DNA of 64,000 nucleotides from a virus: positions 32,001-96,000 of the IMG/VR virus record IMGVR_UViG_3300045912_000789, one strand, 5' to 3'. The position numbers and the translations under genes are program-made. Below the pieces are notes generated by a model. That model was not told the origin of the DNA, ran no database searches, and was given only the letters and a program-made list of their open reading frames with translations. Positions 9,331 through 19,423 of the stretch are shown here, in pieces (positions within the stretch are counted from its first letter, which is position 1; each line of letters opens with the position of its first letter).

Positions 9331-10059
9331 TCAGCCCTCGTCGCCGCCGCTCAGGATCCGACGCAGCTCGGGCGGCAGGTCGCCGCCGCCCAGCTCCATC
9401 ACCTGGATGTCGAGGCCCGGGATGCCGCTCCGACCACGCCCGCGGCGACCGCCGGGCGGCCCGCCGAGGAGCATCTCGAAGAGGGCGCCGAGGACCCCGC
9501 CGGCCGACGGCCCGCCGAGCCCCATCTCGTTGGCGAGGTCGAGCAGGTTGCGCGCGGTCTCCCGCACGCCCTGCTTGTCCTCCTCGGTCTCGTCCCGGTT
9601 GAGGCTCTTGGTGAGGAAGTGATCGGTCGCCGGCCCGGGCATCCGACCGCGGTACTCGGCCGAGCGGATCTTGTCGGCCGACTCGACGCTCGCGCAGAGC
9701 GCACACGAGCAGCCCGGCGTGAGCCGCTCGGTGTGCATCCGCTCGCGCTCGTCGCCGGCGGCGACGAAGGCGCGCACGAGCTTCTCGCGCTCCGGCTTCA
9801 TCAGCCGGACGAAGAAGCTCTTGATCGACTCGCCCTCCGCCGAGCGCGAGTCGATGCCGTGGATCATCAGCGCGACCTCGACCTTCGCCGAGAAGTCGTC
9901 GGTCTTCCGCGCGTCGCTGAGCGGCAGCATCACGAGCGTCTTCATGAAGTCGCCGAAGGTCGCGTACCGCAGCGCCTTGGCGGAGAGGGCCTCGTTGTCC
10001 GCGCGCAGCTTCTGGTTCTCCTCGCGAAGCCGCTGCATCTCGATGTTCGTCGTGTTCAT
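9331..10059 (-). CDS. Hypothetical protein (242 aa) with CxCxxC motif
   Basis: SD GAGGAG; class B motif upstream; inserted against the structural strand. Confidence 0.7.
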   Translation of the reverse strand: MNTTNIEMQRLREENQKLRADNEALSAKALRYATFGDFMKTLVMLPLSDARKTDDFSAKVEVALMIHGIDSRSAEGESIKSFFVRLMKPEREKLVRAFVAAGDERERMHTERLTPGCSCALCASVESADKIRSAEYRGRMPGPATDHFLTKSLNRDETEEDKQGVRETARNLLDLANEMGLGGPSAGGVLGALFEMLLGGPPGGRRGRGRSGIPGLDIQVMELGGGDLPPELRRILSGGDEG

Positions 10060-10105
10060 GTGGGTGCTCTCCTCGTGTGTTCGGTGGGCCGGAGCCCGTT
10101 CACTG

Positions 10106-10114
10106 GCTTATAGG
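10106..10114 (-). promoter_or_regulatory. Class B motif CCTATAAGC inside a 9-bp inverted repeat (10090-10098/10120-10128)
   Basis: Same 9-mer as at 1240..1248. Confidence 0.6.
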
Positions 10115-10136
10115 GGCACCGGGCTCCGATTTCGTG

Positions 10137-10142
10137 TAGGAT
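10137..10142 (+). promoter_or_regulatory. Class A -10 box TAGGAT, leaderless
   Basis: 6 nt before ATG 10149. Confidence 0.65.
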
Positions 10143-10148
10143 TCCGGC

Positions 10149-11063
10149 ATGGCTCTGGAGACAGTCGAGATCACGGTTCAGGACGACCAGATCGTGCCGG
10201 CGCTGGTCGACGGCGTCGTCGTCCGGGTGTTCGACGTCACGGGGACCTCGCTGATCACCGAGGGGACCACCGGCGTGGTGCTTCCGGGGAAAGTCCAGTT
10301 CACGCTGGACGGCAACAACCCGGCGATCCGGTACCAGCTCCGGTTCTACATCAACGGTGGCTCGATCCCGTCTCCCCAGTACATCGACGTCTTCTCGCCC
10401 CCGGCAGCCGCGCCCACCGGCGCGAACAACTTCCTGATCACGGCGAGCCTCTTCACGCTGCCCACGGCGACCAACCCCCGGCTCTGCCGCGCCTCCGGGT
10501 ACATCTGGGGGCCGAACGGTCGCCCGAAGCTCGGGATCGACATCGCCTTCATCCCGATGTTCACGCCTCTGGTGGTCGACGGGATCGGCATCCTGGGCGA
10601 GCGCGTGAACATCAAGAGCGACAAGAACGGCTTCTTCCAGGTCGATCTGATCCGAGACGGGAAGTACGAAGCCGTCGTCGAGTCGCACGAGAATGTCACC
10701 AGGTGCGTGGTCGTGCCCGACCGTTCCTCGATCAACATCATGCACCTGCTCTTCCCCATCATCGTCGACGTGGACTTCGGCGTGGTCAGCCCCGTCGCCG
10801 TCCCCCTCGGAGGGATCATCACCCTCACACCGCAGATCACCGCCAGCAACTTCCAGGTACTGGAAGGGACAGCCGTGGAGGACGTACAGTACGCGGTGGA
10901 CGACCCCAGCGTGGTCGGGCTCACCATCAACCAAGGCACGATCGTTCTCAATGGACTCTCCGCAGGCAGCACATCCCTTCGTGTCACCCGCAAGGACACG
11001 TCGATCGTCTACATCCCCGATCCCGGCATCGATGGAGCGGTCGTTCCGATCACGGTCGCCTAG
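10149..11063 (+). CDS. Virion structural protein with beta-sandwich and C-terminal Ig-like (Big_2-like) domain
   Basis: C-terminus VQYAVDDPSVV...LNGLSAGSTSLRVT is Ig-like; shares a domain with 7984..8946. Confidence 0.65.
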   Translation: MALETVEITVQDDQIVPALVDGVVVRVFDVTGTSLITEGTTGVVLPGKVQFTLDGNNPAIRYQLRFYINGGSIPSPQYIDVFSPPAAAPTGANNFLITASLFTLPTATNPRLCRASGYIWGPNGRPKLGIDIAFIPMFTPLVVDGIGILGERVNIKSDKNGFFQVDLIRDGKYEAVVESHENVTRCVVVPDRSSINIMHLLFPIIVDVDFGVVSPVAVPLGGIITLTPQITASNFQVLEGTAVEDVQYAVDDPSVVGLTINQGTIVLNGLSAGSTSLRVTRKDTSIVYIPDPGIDGAVVPITVA

Positions 11064-11460
11064 CGTATCCGTCGACGCGGAGTACGCTGAGGGAAGGAAG
11101 CGGGGCACCACGCCGTCGCAGCGCCTCCTCGTGGCCATCATGCGCCGGGCGATCTGGGACTTCGTTCTGTACAAGGACGAGGATCCGTCCCAGTTCGATC
11201 CGGAGAAGTTCAAGAGCACCAAGGCGAAGAAGCGCGCGGAGAACGAGCGCAAGCGCGCGGAACGCGACCTCGCCATCGCGACCGACGCCGCGGGGTGGCT
11301 CTTCTGGGATGGCGAAGAGGAGATCGACGAGGAAGGGCGGTACACGTTCAAGTACATCTGCTCGATGCTCGATCTCGATCCGACCGAGGTCCGCCAGCGC
11401 GCGCTGTCGATGACCCGCGAGGACATCCAGACGCTGAACAACCACATCAAGGAGGACTGA
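11032..11460 (+). CDS. Hypothetical helical phage protein (start uncertain)
   Basis: QRLLVAIMRRAIWD...DAAGWLF...FKYICSMLDLDP resembles a small phage protein family; 3' part of track ORF 10693..11460. Confidence 0.55.
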   Translation: MERSFRSRSPSVSVDAEYAEGRKRGTTPSQRLLVAIMRRAIWDFVLYKDEDPSQFDPEKFKSTKAKKRAENERKRAERDLAIATDAAGWLFWDGEEEIDEEGRYTFKYICSMLDLDPTEVRQRALSMTREDIQTLNNHIKED

Positions 11461-11461
11461 C

Positions 11462-14059
11462 GTGGCGGGCTTCACCGACGAGGAAGTCGCAGCGGCGGTC
11501 GATCGCTTCCTGCTCAAGCAGCTCGAAGTCCCGCAGCTCAAGACTGGTGCGCGCGACGTGCTCACGCTGCGCGACCGAGTGTACGACCTCCTCTCGACGG
11601 CCCTCCTGCTTCGTCCGGACTCCTACTTCTACGTCATCTACCTCGCCAGGAACCGGCTGCTCGCACTGGTGAACCAGCAGATCGCCGCTATCGATGCCAT
11701 CACGGCTGCTGGGCCCAACACGACACGGTCCGCCAAGAAGATCAAGAGCACCACGGATCTCGCGGCTGCTCAGGCGGCCCTGCTCGACCTGAATGCCGGC
11801 CTGAATGCTCGGAACACCGGCGTGAGGGGGAGCATCGGTCCGGCGGTCGATCGCTTCCGGAAGAGCATCTCCAGCTTCGTGTCCTCCGAGCTGACGAAGA
11901 ACGTCGTGGTGTCGGGCCAGGTCACGGAGACGGGCCCCGAGCTTCGGACGCTCGTCGCACAGACTTGGGCCCAGGCCGTCGAGCGCCATCCGCAGATCGT
12001 CCAGCTCGCGACGAACATCGCCGGCGCCCTCTCCACGCTGGAGTCGGTGCGGCTGCCCGAGTCGTCCGTGCGCGACATCGTGTCGAGGATCCAAGATCGC
12101 CTCGCCGAGATCCGCGGGGTGATGGAAGGCAGCTCGGCCATCGAGCAGAGCCGCTCCTCGATGCTCGACCTGCTGACGATGCGCACGCTACTCACGAAGG
12201 CATCGACCTTCAGGAACCCCGAGCTGGTCCTGATGCCGAAGACCCGGGACACCTCCGTGGTCTCCTTCGTGGACAGCAGCGGTACCCAGGCGGGGATCCA
12301 GGGCACCGTCTCGGGCCCGTTCAACTACGACCCCGGTGCCGCGCTGAGCCTGTCGGTGAACGGCGGCACACCCGTCGCCGTGACGCTCCCTCGTTCGAGC
12401 ACGGGCTCCCGTGCTGAGCTGCGCTCTCGGGTCTTCTCGCCGTGGGTTGCGCCGACCCCAGGCGACGAAGCGGCCTTCACGGTGGATCTGGCCGGTACGT
12501 CGAGCTTCGTGATCGGTGCGGCCTACGCCAGCGGCCCTGTGGCGGCGGCTGCTCTGGACGCCGGTCTCGGGCCCAGCATGCAGGTGACGTGGGACGCGGC
12601 GACCAACCAGCTCGTGTTCCAGTCGACCAACGAGGGTGACGCCTCGCATCTGCGGCTGCTGACCGACACCCTCGTGCGTCAGCAGTTCAGGGCGTGGGCA
12701 TTCCCGGTCGCTGAGATCCTGTTCATCGAGAACAGGGGCGCCGGTGTTCCGATCGACGAGGTGGTGTCGGCAGTCGGGGCGGCGTCGCCGCTCCTCGACG
12801 CTCTCGCTGTTTCGGAGGACCTGGCCGGCTTCACCGCCGTGCGTACGGCAGTCGGTGGCGAAGAGGCGGTGCTCTGGGATCGGCGAGACAGCGGAAACGA
12901 TCTGGTGTCGACCGTCGGAGTGGCCGAGGTCATCAGCCCGAGCCGGAACTTCGAGTCGCTCGGAATCGCGCCTGGGATGGCGCTGCACACTACGGCGCCC
13001 GGCGTCGCGGACTACGAGATCGTCGCCGTGAGTGGTCCCCAGCTCACACTGAGCCCGACTCCCCCGACCGGACCCCTCACCTATTACATCGGGCCGGACT
13101 ACCGCACGATCCCCGATGGGGCGCGCGTGCAGGTCACAAGCGGCGGGAACCGCGACAACAGCGGACTCTACCGAGTAGCCGCGGGTGGCGGGCAGGTCGC
13201 GCGCATCGTGGTCGATCGGAATCTCCAGACCGCCGACACCGTCTCGGTGTCGGTCTTTCGGCAGTTCATCAGGATCGAGGCGCGGGGAACCACGACGTCT
13301 TCGGGCGTGGGCGTGTCCGCTCCGAGCCAGGGTGCCACGGCTCTCGGGCTGGTCGTGTCGGCCGAGACACGGCCGCTCCTCACCCGCCTCCAGCTCGTGG
13401 GTGCCGGCGACTTCATCGTCCGGGGAGTGCGCAGCGGCGACATCATCAAGCTCACGAGCCCGTCGCTGATCATCTACGAGGTTCTGATCGAGAGTGTGGC
13501 GACCACCACACTCTCGATCGAGCTGGACGGTGTGGTGTTCGAGCCGGGGAACTGGACGTACGAGATCAGGAGCTACAGGGCCGACCAGTTCACCGCGCTC
13601 CAGTCGAGCGCAAGCGCGTTCCTCGTCACCCCGTACGCCGAGGACTTCGCGGCGATCGATACGCTCGTCGGGCGCCTCATCCGCGGGGCTCGCTTCGCCG
13701 GAGAGATCGTGACGGGCCTGGCGCAGTACCGAAGCTCGCTGTCGGCGCTCGCGACGGCGCTCAGCACGTACACGGTCCCGAGAGAGCGGACCATCGACAA
13801 CGTCGTGCGCACGCTGCGGGAGCAGGGGCTCGACCGGGCCCTCGACCTGCTGCTGACGCTGGAGGTGGAGGAGCTGTTCAGCATGGAGCCCGACGGCGTC
13901 TCCTACACCACCTGGTTCATCAGGAAGTCGGCCACGGTGGCTCGGGAGGTCGTCCCCGTCTCGAAGTACGCCCGCAGTGATCGGGTCGTCCAGGAGTGGC
14001 GGACTACGAGCTTCCAGCCGGACCCCTTCGATCCGCGTGGCGAAGACACGCAGCGGTAG
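11462..14059 (+). CDS. Virion structural protein (tail/baseplate associated, 865 aa)
   Basis: Helical termini with a beta-rich core; SD GGAGG; immediately upstream of baseplate genes. Confidence 0.6.
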   Translation: MAGFTDEEVAAAVDRFLLKQLEVPQLKTGARDVLTLRDRVYDLLSTALLLRPDSYFYVIYLARNRLLALVNQQIAAIDAITAAGPNTTRSAKKIKSTTDLAAAQAALLDLNAGLNARNTGVRGSIGPAVDRFRKSISSFVSSELTKNVVVSGQVTETGPELRTLVAQTWAQAVERHPQIVQLATNIAGALSTLESVRLPESSVRDIVSRIQDRLAEIRGVMEGSSAIEQSRSSMLDLLTMRTLLTKASTFRNPELVLMPKTRDTSVVSFVDSSGTQAGIQGTVSGPFNYDPGAALSLSVNGGTPVAVTLPRSSTGSRAELRSRVFSPWVAPTPGDEAAFTVDLAGTSSFVIGAAYASGPVAAAALDAGLGPSMQVTWDAATNQLVFQSTNEGDASHLRLLTDTLVRQQFRAWAFPVAEILFIENRGAGVPIDEVVSAVGAASPLLDALAVSEDLAGFTAVRTAVGGEEAVLWDRRDSGNDLVSTVGVAEVISPSRNFESLGIAPGMALHTTAPGVADYEIVAVSGPQLTLSPTPPTGPLTYYIGPDYRTIPDGARVQVTSGGNRDNSGLYRVAAGGGQVARIVVDRNLQTADTVSVSVFRQFIRIEARGTTTSSGVGVSAPSQGATALGLVVSAETRPLLTRLQLVGAGDFIVRGVRSGDIIKLTSPSLIIYEVLIESVATTTLSIELDGVVFEPGNWTYEIRSYRADQFTALQSSASAFLVTPYAEDFAAIDTLVGRLIRGARFAGEIVTGLAQYRSSLSALATALSTYTVPRERTIDNVVRTLREQGLDRALDLLLTLEVEELFSMEPDGVSYTTWFIRKSATVAREVVPVSKYARSDRVVQEWRTTSFQPDPFDPRGEDTQR

Positions 14060-14061
14060 GG

Positions 14062-14067
14062 TAGAGT
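14062..14067 (+). promoter_or_regulatory. Class A -10 box TAGAGT, leaderless
   Basis: 6 nt before GTG 14074. Confidence 0.6.
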
Positions 14068-14073
14068 TCGGGG

Positions 14074-14406
14074 GTGACCGAGGAAGCCACCCCCAGGAGC
14101 AGCGCGCGCGAGCAGCAGCGTGAGTTCCGCCGCATCGTCGCGAATGCGGTGGGCGAGCTGCGCTCGAACGAGATCCGAGACAGCTACGCCGCCCTGAGCC
14201 TCGAAGAGCTGATCGATCAGCAGATCGATCGGCTGGAGGGGACGGAAGACGGGCTGAACCCCAGCCGGCTCCAGCGCATCCAGAGAGTGCGCCAGGAGCT
14301 GGCCGACAACATCGAGGCGATGAAGGCCACGCCGCCGTCGGACTTCCGCCGGCACGACCCGGACGGCGACGTGAACACGGCACCCGAGACCGAGGACGAG
14401 GGCTGA
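14074..14406 (+). CDS. Hypothetical protein (110 aa)
   Basis: ORF track; leaderless motif supports the start. Confidence 0.65.
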   Translation: MTEEATPRSSAREQQREFRRIVANAVGELRSNEIRDSYAALSLEELIDQQIDRLEGTEDGLNPSRLQRIQRVRQELADNIEAMKATPPSDFRRHDPDGDVNTAPETEDEG

Positions 14407-14407
14407 C

Positions 14408-15049
14408 ATGGACACCATCCAGGTCGTTCGCCTACTCGACGTGCTGCGCGTCAACAGCGCGCGCAACGCCCCAGGGGTCAGCCCGCGATCGCTCATCATC
14501 AAGGGAGAGGACTTCAGGAACGTCGAGCAGGTCATCATGGATGGCTTCGTCTCGCCGTCCTTCGTCGCCTATTCGATGACCGAGATGATCGCCGAAGTCC
14601 CGGCACCGCTTCGCCAGGCCGTCATCACGGACGTCAGCGTGCTCAGCGGATCGCTCACGCTGACGGAGCGCAGCCTCGTCGAGTTCACGTTCGGCACCCG
14701 GCCGAAGAAGGCGTCGGGGGTTCTGCGGCTGATGCAGAACTTCCTCCGCATCCTGCTGCGGTCGCCGGGGTCGAACCGCTTCCACCCCCGAAGCGGTGGA
14801 GGCCTGCTGAAGCGAATCGGTAGCACGGCGAACAACCAGACTGCGGCCGACATCGCGATCGCCGTGCAATCCGCCAAGCAGTACATGATCAACGTCCAGA
14901 CGGCCGACCGCAACATCCCGCCGTCCGAGAGGCTGCTGTCGGCAGAGATCCAGGCCCTGACGGTCGATCCCCAGAGCACGACGGCGTTCGTCACCATCGT
15001 GCTCACCTCGCATTCCGGCGCGCGTAGCGCCGCCACCATCCAGACGTAG
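14408..15049 (+). CDS. Baseplate wedge subunit, gp25-like, with N-terminal IPT/TIG-like domain
   Basis: LRILLRSPGSNRFHPRSGGGL resembles the gp25/W signature; precedes the J-like gene. Confidence 0.7.
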   Translation: MDTIQVVRLLDVLRVNSARNAPGVSPRSLIIKGEDFRNVEQVIMDGFVSPSFVAYSMTEMIAEVPAPLRQAVITDVSVLSGSLTLTERSLVEFTFGTRPKKASGVLRLMQNFLRILLRSPGSNRFHPRSGGGLLKRIGSTANNQTAADIAIAVQSAKQYMINVQTADRNIPPSERLLSAEIQALTVDPQSTTAFVTIVLTSHSGARSAATIQT

Positions 15050-15055
15050 TAGGAT
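15050..15055 (+). promoter_or_regulatory. Class A -10 box TAGGAT, leaderless
   Basis: 6 nt before ATG 15062. Confidence 0.65.
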
Positions 15056-15061
15056 CCCCGC

Positions 15062-18000
15062 ATGGCGAACAACGACACCCGCCAGTTCCTCCAGGACGCG
15101 CTCGTCAGGTACGACCCCGACATCGACCTGAGCGAAGGCTCGCGCGCGGACACAGAGCTGGTGCAGCCGATCCTCCAGCGAATCGGCATCGACCCGTTCG
15201 ACGACGACATCCTCACGTTCGTGCGAACGAGGGTGCAGCAGTCGTTCCCGAACCTCGCCATCACCGAGGACGATCCGCTCACCGACATTCTGCTCGACGC
15301 GATGCGCGTGCTCATCGAGCCGCTCGTGCGCGAGGTGAAGCTCGTCAAGCTCCGCGGCAGCCTGCGCAACATCGAGAGCCTCTCGGACGATGAGGTCGAG
15401 GCCCTCCTCGCGAACTTCTTCATCTCGCGGATCACCGGCGGCTTCTCGGTCGGCGTCGTGCGGGTCTACTTCGCCACCCCACAGAGCCTCAGCCTGACGC
15501 TGACGAACCCGGCCACCACGAAGGCCGGGCTTCGTTTCCGGCCGACTCGTCCGCAGGCGATCACGGCCGACCAGATGCTGCTCAACCGCGAGGGCAGCGA
15601 GTTCTACTTCGACGTGAACTACACCGCGGAGAAACGCGGGGACGAGTACAACGTCGAGCCGAACGAGATCGTCTCCGTGGCGAACCTGCCCACGGCCACG
15701 CGGATCCGGAACCCCCGTCGCTTCCGAGGCGGCGTCCCGCAGGAGGGGATCCTCGACTTCGCGGCGCGCGCTCAGCGCAGCCTGAGCGACAAGACGCTCA
15801 CCGTGGAGCGCGGCATCATCTCGACGCTCACCGAGAGCTTCCCCGCCATCCGTCGCATCTTCTCGGTCGGCTTCCGTGATCCCGAGATGCAGCGCGATGT
15901 GATCAAGGGCGGAAGCCTCGGCCCGGTCCCCGGCGCGGACATCTCCGGCGACTTCTTCGGCGCCGGCACCGCGGTCGACGATTTCGACGGCGACCTGCTC
16001 ACCCCCATCCTCGATGCTCCTGGCGGGGCCTTCGTGTCGCGCCTCGGGCCGGTCGGCGCGCAGCCGGAGGGGTGGTTCGTCACGGTCGTCTACACGGTGG
16101 GCGCGACGCTCGTCGTGGAGGACGTGGCGGTGCTGGAGGTGCTCAGCTCGACGCAGGTCCGGCTGGATCACGAGTTCCCGGTGACCTCGCCGGCCCAGTC
16201 CGTCACGTGGATGCTGCGCCAGCGCAGCCTGACGATCTCGGACATCCCGGGCGGCATCGTGCTTCCGGACACGGCGACCGGAACGCTGGAGATCAAGAAG
16301 GACGAAGTCCACATCGGCGGCAAGACCGACGTGTACATCGCGGGCGAGACCGAGCTGGCCACGGCGCAGATCGAGAGCCTCACCGACGAGAGCCCCGCGG
16401 CGAAGGGCACGAACGCCCAGACGCAGGGCCTCACCCCGGGAAGCGAAGACATCATCAGGATCAACGACCCCAGCGGGCTGATCGCCCCGGGGTCGAGCCT
16501 CGTTCTGGAAGAGGGCGTGGATGCCGGGAGCTACCGCATCCTGGAGATCGTGAGCGGCCCGTCCCCGCTCTACGTGCGGGTCGACACCGACATGACGGGC
16601 GCGCAGGGCTCGCTCGCGTGGAAGGTGGTGGACGAGATCGACGTCGAGCTGACCGACCCCAAGGACATCAAGGTCGAGGGAGCCGACATGGTCACCTCGG
16701 CCGGCAACCAGGTTGTCACGACGTCGAGCGCCACGAACTTCATCGACGCGAACGTCCAGCCCGGCGACGTGCTGGAGCTGTTCGACGAGGACTTCGGCGG
16801 CGAGTTCGCGGTCGACGAGGTGAACGCCGTGTCCCTGAAGGTCTCGCCGGCGCCGGCGCGGACCTTCACGTCCGTGTCGTACCGCGTGTTCCGCCGCTCG
16901 GAGGCGGTCGATCCGCCGCTCGTGCGGGTGTCCTCGATGGAGCTGCTCGACAGCACCGGCGCGCCGAGTGGCACCGTCATCCCGTACCGCGATCCCGTGC
17001 TCGCGCTGAGCAACGCGTTCCAGAACGAGGGCTCGGGCTTCGTGTTCGAGGGCCTCTGCCTCGTCGGCCTGGTGTCGGACCCCGAGCCGTCGGGCTCGGC
17101 GGCGTACGTGGTCGGCGGTCAGACGATCGACTGGGAGGTCTACAACCCCGACACGATCTGGCTGGACCCGGTGAACGTCGGCACGTTCACGTTCATCGCC
17201 GGCCCGGCCAAGACCGCAGCGCAGGTGGTCGCGGAGATCAACGCGGACGTCCTGCTCGATCTCATGGGCGTGAAGGCTCGCGTCATCACGAAGCTGAACA
17301 ACGACTACGTCGGGATCGTGACCTCCTCCCACATCCGATTCGTGGGCGGCACCGCGCTCAGTGCGTTCGGCTGGGGCGCCGGCGTCCGGAACTCGATGAT
17401 GCGGAGCGTGGAGGACCAGTTCTCCGATGCCGGTGTGCGCCTCGGAGATGCGATCGAGGTCGTCGAGGGGAACAGCGCTGGCATCCTCGGTCGGATCATC
17501 GCAGGCCCCATCGTCGGCGGACCGAGCGACACCGTGTTCGTCGGAACCGGTCCGGTCGGTCCCGAGGAGACGTCCGGCTTCTCTGGGCTCTTCAACAACG
17601 TCGTGTTCAACCCCGACGTGAACGTCCTGGTGAGGATCGGGCGCGCCTCGGTCGGTTCGGCCCGCGTCTTCTTCCTCGGGCCCACGGCCGCGGAGTTCGA
17701 CTACCGCACCACGCGGTTCACCGCGAGCGTCCCGGAGGCCACCCTGCTCTTCCGGCCCGACCCGGAGAACCTGCGGATCGTGCGCCCGCCTCCGCCGATC
17801 ACCGAGCTGCCGAACACCGGCATCACGGACAACACCACGCCGGGTCAACTCACCGACAACGACGCGAACTTCCTCCTGTTCGGCATCCAGCTCGGCGACC
17901 TCGTCGACGTCCTGTACGTCCCGATCGTGGGAACCGGGCCTCTGCCGCCCAGCGGCAACATCGCGTTCACCGGGCTGAACAACGTCCTGCGCATCCGGCT

Positions 18001-19087
18001 CGACACCGATCCCTTCATCACGGTGTCGTTCCCGTTCCCGATGCCGCGACAGGACGTCGTCGACTTCATCAACGAGCAGGTCGGTGAGGACATCGCTTCG
18101 CTCACCAGCGGCGGGAACCTGCGGCTGCGGTCGAGCCGCCGCATCGAGCTGGACCCGACGTCGACCGTCATTACGCACGCGTCGAACCCCCTGTTCCTCG
18201 CCGGCGCGGCGCTGAACACCGATCACCCCGACAAGGGCACGTACATCGTCCGCACCGTGTCGGAGAACGTCCTGACGTTCTCCACCAAGACGGGCCAGCA
18301 GATCACGAGCGGAACCACGGCGGACACGCTCTACCGCATCCGACGGTACGTCCAGCGCATCTCCCCCACGGAGATGAACCTGAACCTCGACTCCTCGGGG
18401 CTCTACTACGCCGACGTGCAGATGCTGTCGCTGGCGCCCGGCGACATCTACAACATCACGTCGGGGGTCTCGCTGGAGATCTCGGGCGTGCGCAGCGATG
18501 GCTATCGGCTGATCGTGGACAACCCCGTCACGTCGTTCAGCAGGGCGGAGGTGCTCCGCGCCGAGATCAGCCGGACGATGCTCCTCGTGGGCAGTGCAGA
18601 CGATCCGACCGAGGCGGTGCAGCTCAGCCAGCAGAACGTCCAGGTCACGTACGACCGCTCCCAGCTCGTCGACGAGGTCCAGAGCTTCGCCGACTCGGAC
18701 TTCCAGCGGGTGATCTGCGAGGAGATCCTCGTCCGCCACCTCCTCCCTCACTACGTCTCGATGACCTGGAACTACGCCGGCGGGTCGAGCGAGCCGGACA
18801 TGCTCCGCGCGATCCAGGATCTGCTCGATGGCATCGAGCCGGACGAGCAGCTCGAAGTCACCGACCTCACCAACGTGCTGCGTCGCCGGAGCGCGACATC
18901 GGTGTTCACGCCCGACTCCAGCAGCTCCACGGGCCGGACGGCTCCGTTCTTCATCGTCGTCTACCACGACGAGAACCGGGCCATCCACGCACTGATCGTC
19001 AAGGACTACGTGACGACCGTGCGGACCCAGCGCTACATCCCCGACAAGATCACGCTCACTCGTATCACCACGGGCGGCATCCGCTAG
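15062..19087 (+). CDS. Baseplate wedge protein, J/gp6-like with large insertions (1341 aa)
   Basis: LANFFISR...GVVRVYF, TAEKRGDEYNV, NPRRFRGG...E...RAQRSL are typical of baseplate J N-terminal regions. Confidence 0.75.
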   Translation: MANNDTRQFLQDALVRYDPDIDLSEGSRADTELVQPILQRIGIDPFDDDILTFVRTRVQQSFPNLAITEDDPLTDILLDAMRVLIEPLVREVKLVKLRGSLRNIESLSDDEVEALLANFFISRITGGFSVGVVRVYFATPQSLSLTLTNPATTKAGLRFRPTRPQAITADQMLLNREGSEFYFDVNYTAEKRGDEYNVEPNEIVSVANLPTATRIRNPRRFRGGVPQEGILDFAARAQRSLSDKTLTVERGIISTLTESFPAIRRIFSVGFRDPEMQRDVIKGGSLGPVPGADISGDFFGAGTAVDDFDGDLLTPILDAPGGAFVSRLGPVGAQPEGWFVTVVYTVGATLVVEDVAVLEVLSSTQVRLDHEFPVTSPAQSVTWMLRQRSLTISDIPGGIVLPDTATGTLEIKKDEVHIGGKTDVYIAGETELATAQIESLTDESPAAKGTNAQTQGLTPGSEDIIRINDPSGLIAPGSSLVLEEGVDAGSYRILEIVSGPSPLYVRVDTDMTGAQGSLAWKVVDEIDVELTDPKDIKVEGADMVTSAGNQVVTTSSATNFIDANVQPGDVLELFDEDFGGEFAVDEVNAVSLKVSPAPARTFTSVSYRVFRRSEAVDPPLVRVSSMELLDSTGAPSGTVIPYRDPVLALSNAFQNEGSGFVFEGLCLVGLVSDPEPSGSAAYVVGGQTIDWEVYNPDTIWLDPVNVGTFTFIAGPAKTAAQVVAEINADVLLDLMGVKARVITKLNNDYVGIVTSSHIRFVGGTALSAFGWGAGVRNSMMRSVEDQFSDAGVRLGDAIEVVEGNSAGILGRIIAGPIVGGPSDTVFVGTGPVGPEETSGFSGLFNNVVFNPDVNVLVRIGRASVGSARVFFLGPTAAEFDYRTTRFTASVPEATLLFRPDPENLRIVRPPPPITELPNTGITDNTTPGQLTDNDANFLLFGIQLGDLVDVLYVPIVGTGPLPPSGNIAFTGLNNVLRIRLDTDPFITVSFPFPMPRQDVVDFINEQVGEDIASLTSGGNLRLRSSRRIELDPTSTVITHASNPLFLAGAALNTDHPDKGTYIVRTVSENVLTFSTKTGQQITSGTTADTLYRIRRYVQRISPTEMNLNLDSSGLYYADVQMLSLAPGDIYNITSGVSLEISGVRSDGYRLIVDNPVTSFSRAEVLRAEISRTMLLVGSADDPTEAVQLSQQNVQVTYDRSQLVDEVQSFADSDFQRVICEEILVRHLLPHYVSMTWNYAGGSSEPDMLRAIQDLLDGIEPDEQLEVTDLTNVLRRRSATSVFTPDSSSSTGRTAPFFIVVYHDENRAIHALIVKDYVTTVRTQRYIPDKITLTRITTGGIR

Positions 19088-19395
19088 TCGCCGTGACCTC
19101 GGACGATCGGGAGCGCGTCGTCGACTCTGCGAGGATCCCCCGTGTCGAGCACGATGTTCGTACGGGGGTCCACGGTCGCGCCGCAGTCCTGGCAGTACGC
19201 CATCATCCGGGGAAGCGGGTCGTGCTCGGAGAAGACCTGCGGCGTGTAGAGCTGCGGCGACATGGCCGAACGGCAGCGCGGGCAGGGCATGGATTTGATG
19301 AACGCCGTCCGGCTCTCGGCGAGCGGGGTCAGCTCGTCGGGGATGCCCTGGATCATGCGCTGGGCTAGACCTGGCGGAAGCGGTCGAAACTTCAT
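19084..19395 (-). CDS. Small Zn-ribbon protein (CPRC...CQDC, 103 aa)
   Basis: ATG 19395. Fills the gap between two + strand baseplate genes on the opposite strand. Confidence 0.65.
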   Translation of the reverse strand: MKFRPLPPGLAQRMIQGIPDELTPLAESRTAFIKSMPCPRCRSAMSPQLYTPQVFSEHDPLPRMMAYCQDCGATVDPRTNIVLDTGDPRRVDDALPIVRGHGD

Positions 19396-19423
19396 CGCGG
19401 TACGAGTACGATAGCACAGCGAC

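Noticed and set aside
19407-19423. Counting the 19424 upstream region as a strict class A leaderless promoter
   Set aside because: TACGAT is 11 nt from the ATG and the hexamer at 6 nt is TAGCAC; neither fits the strict pattern.
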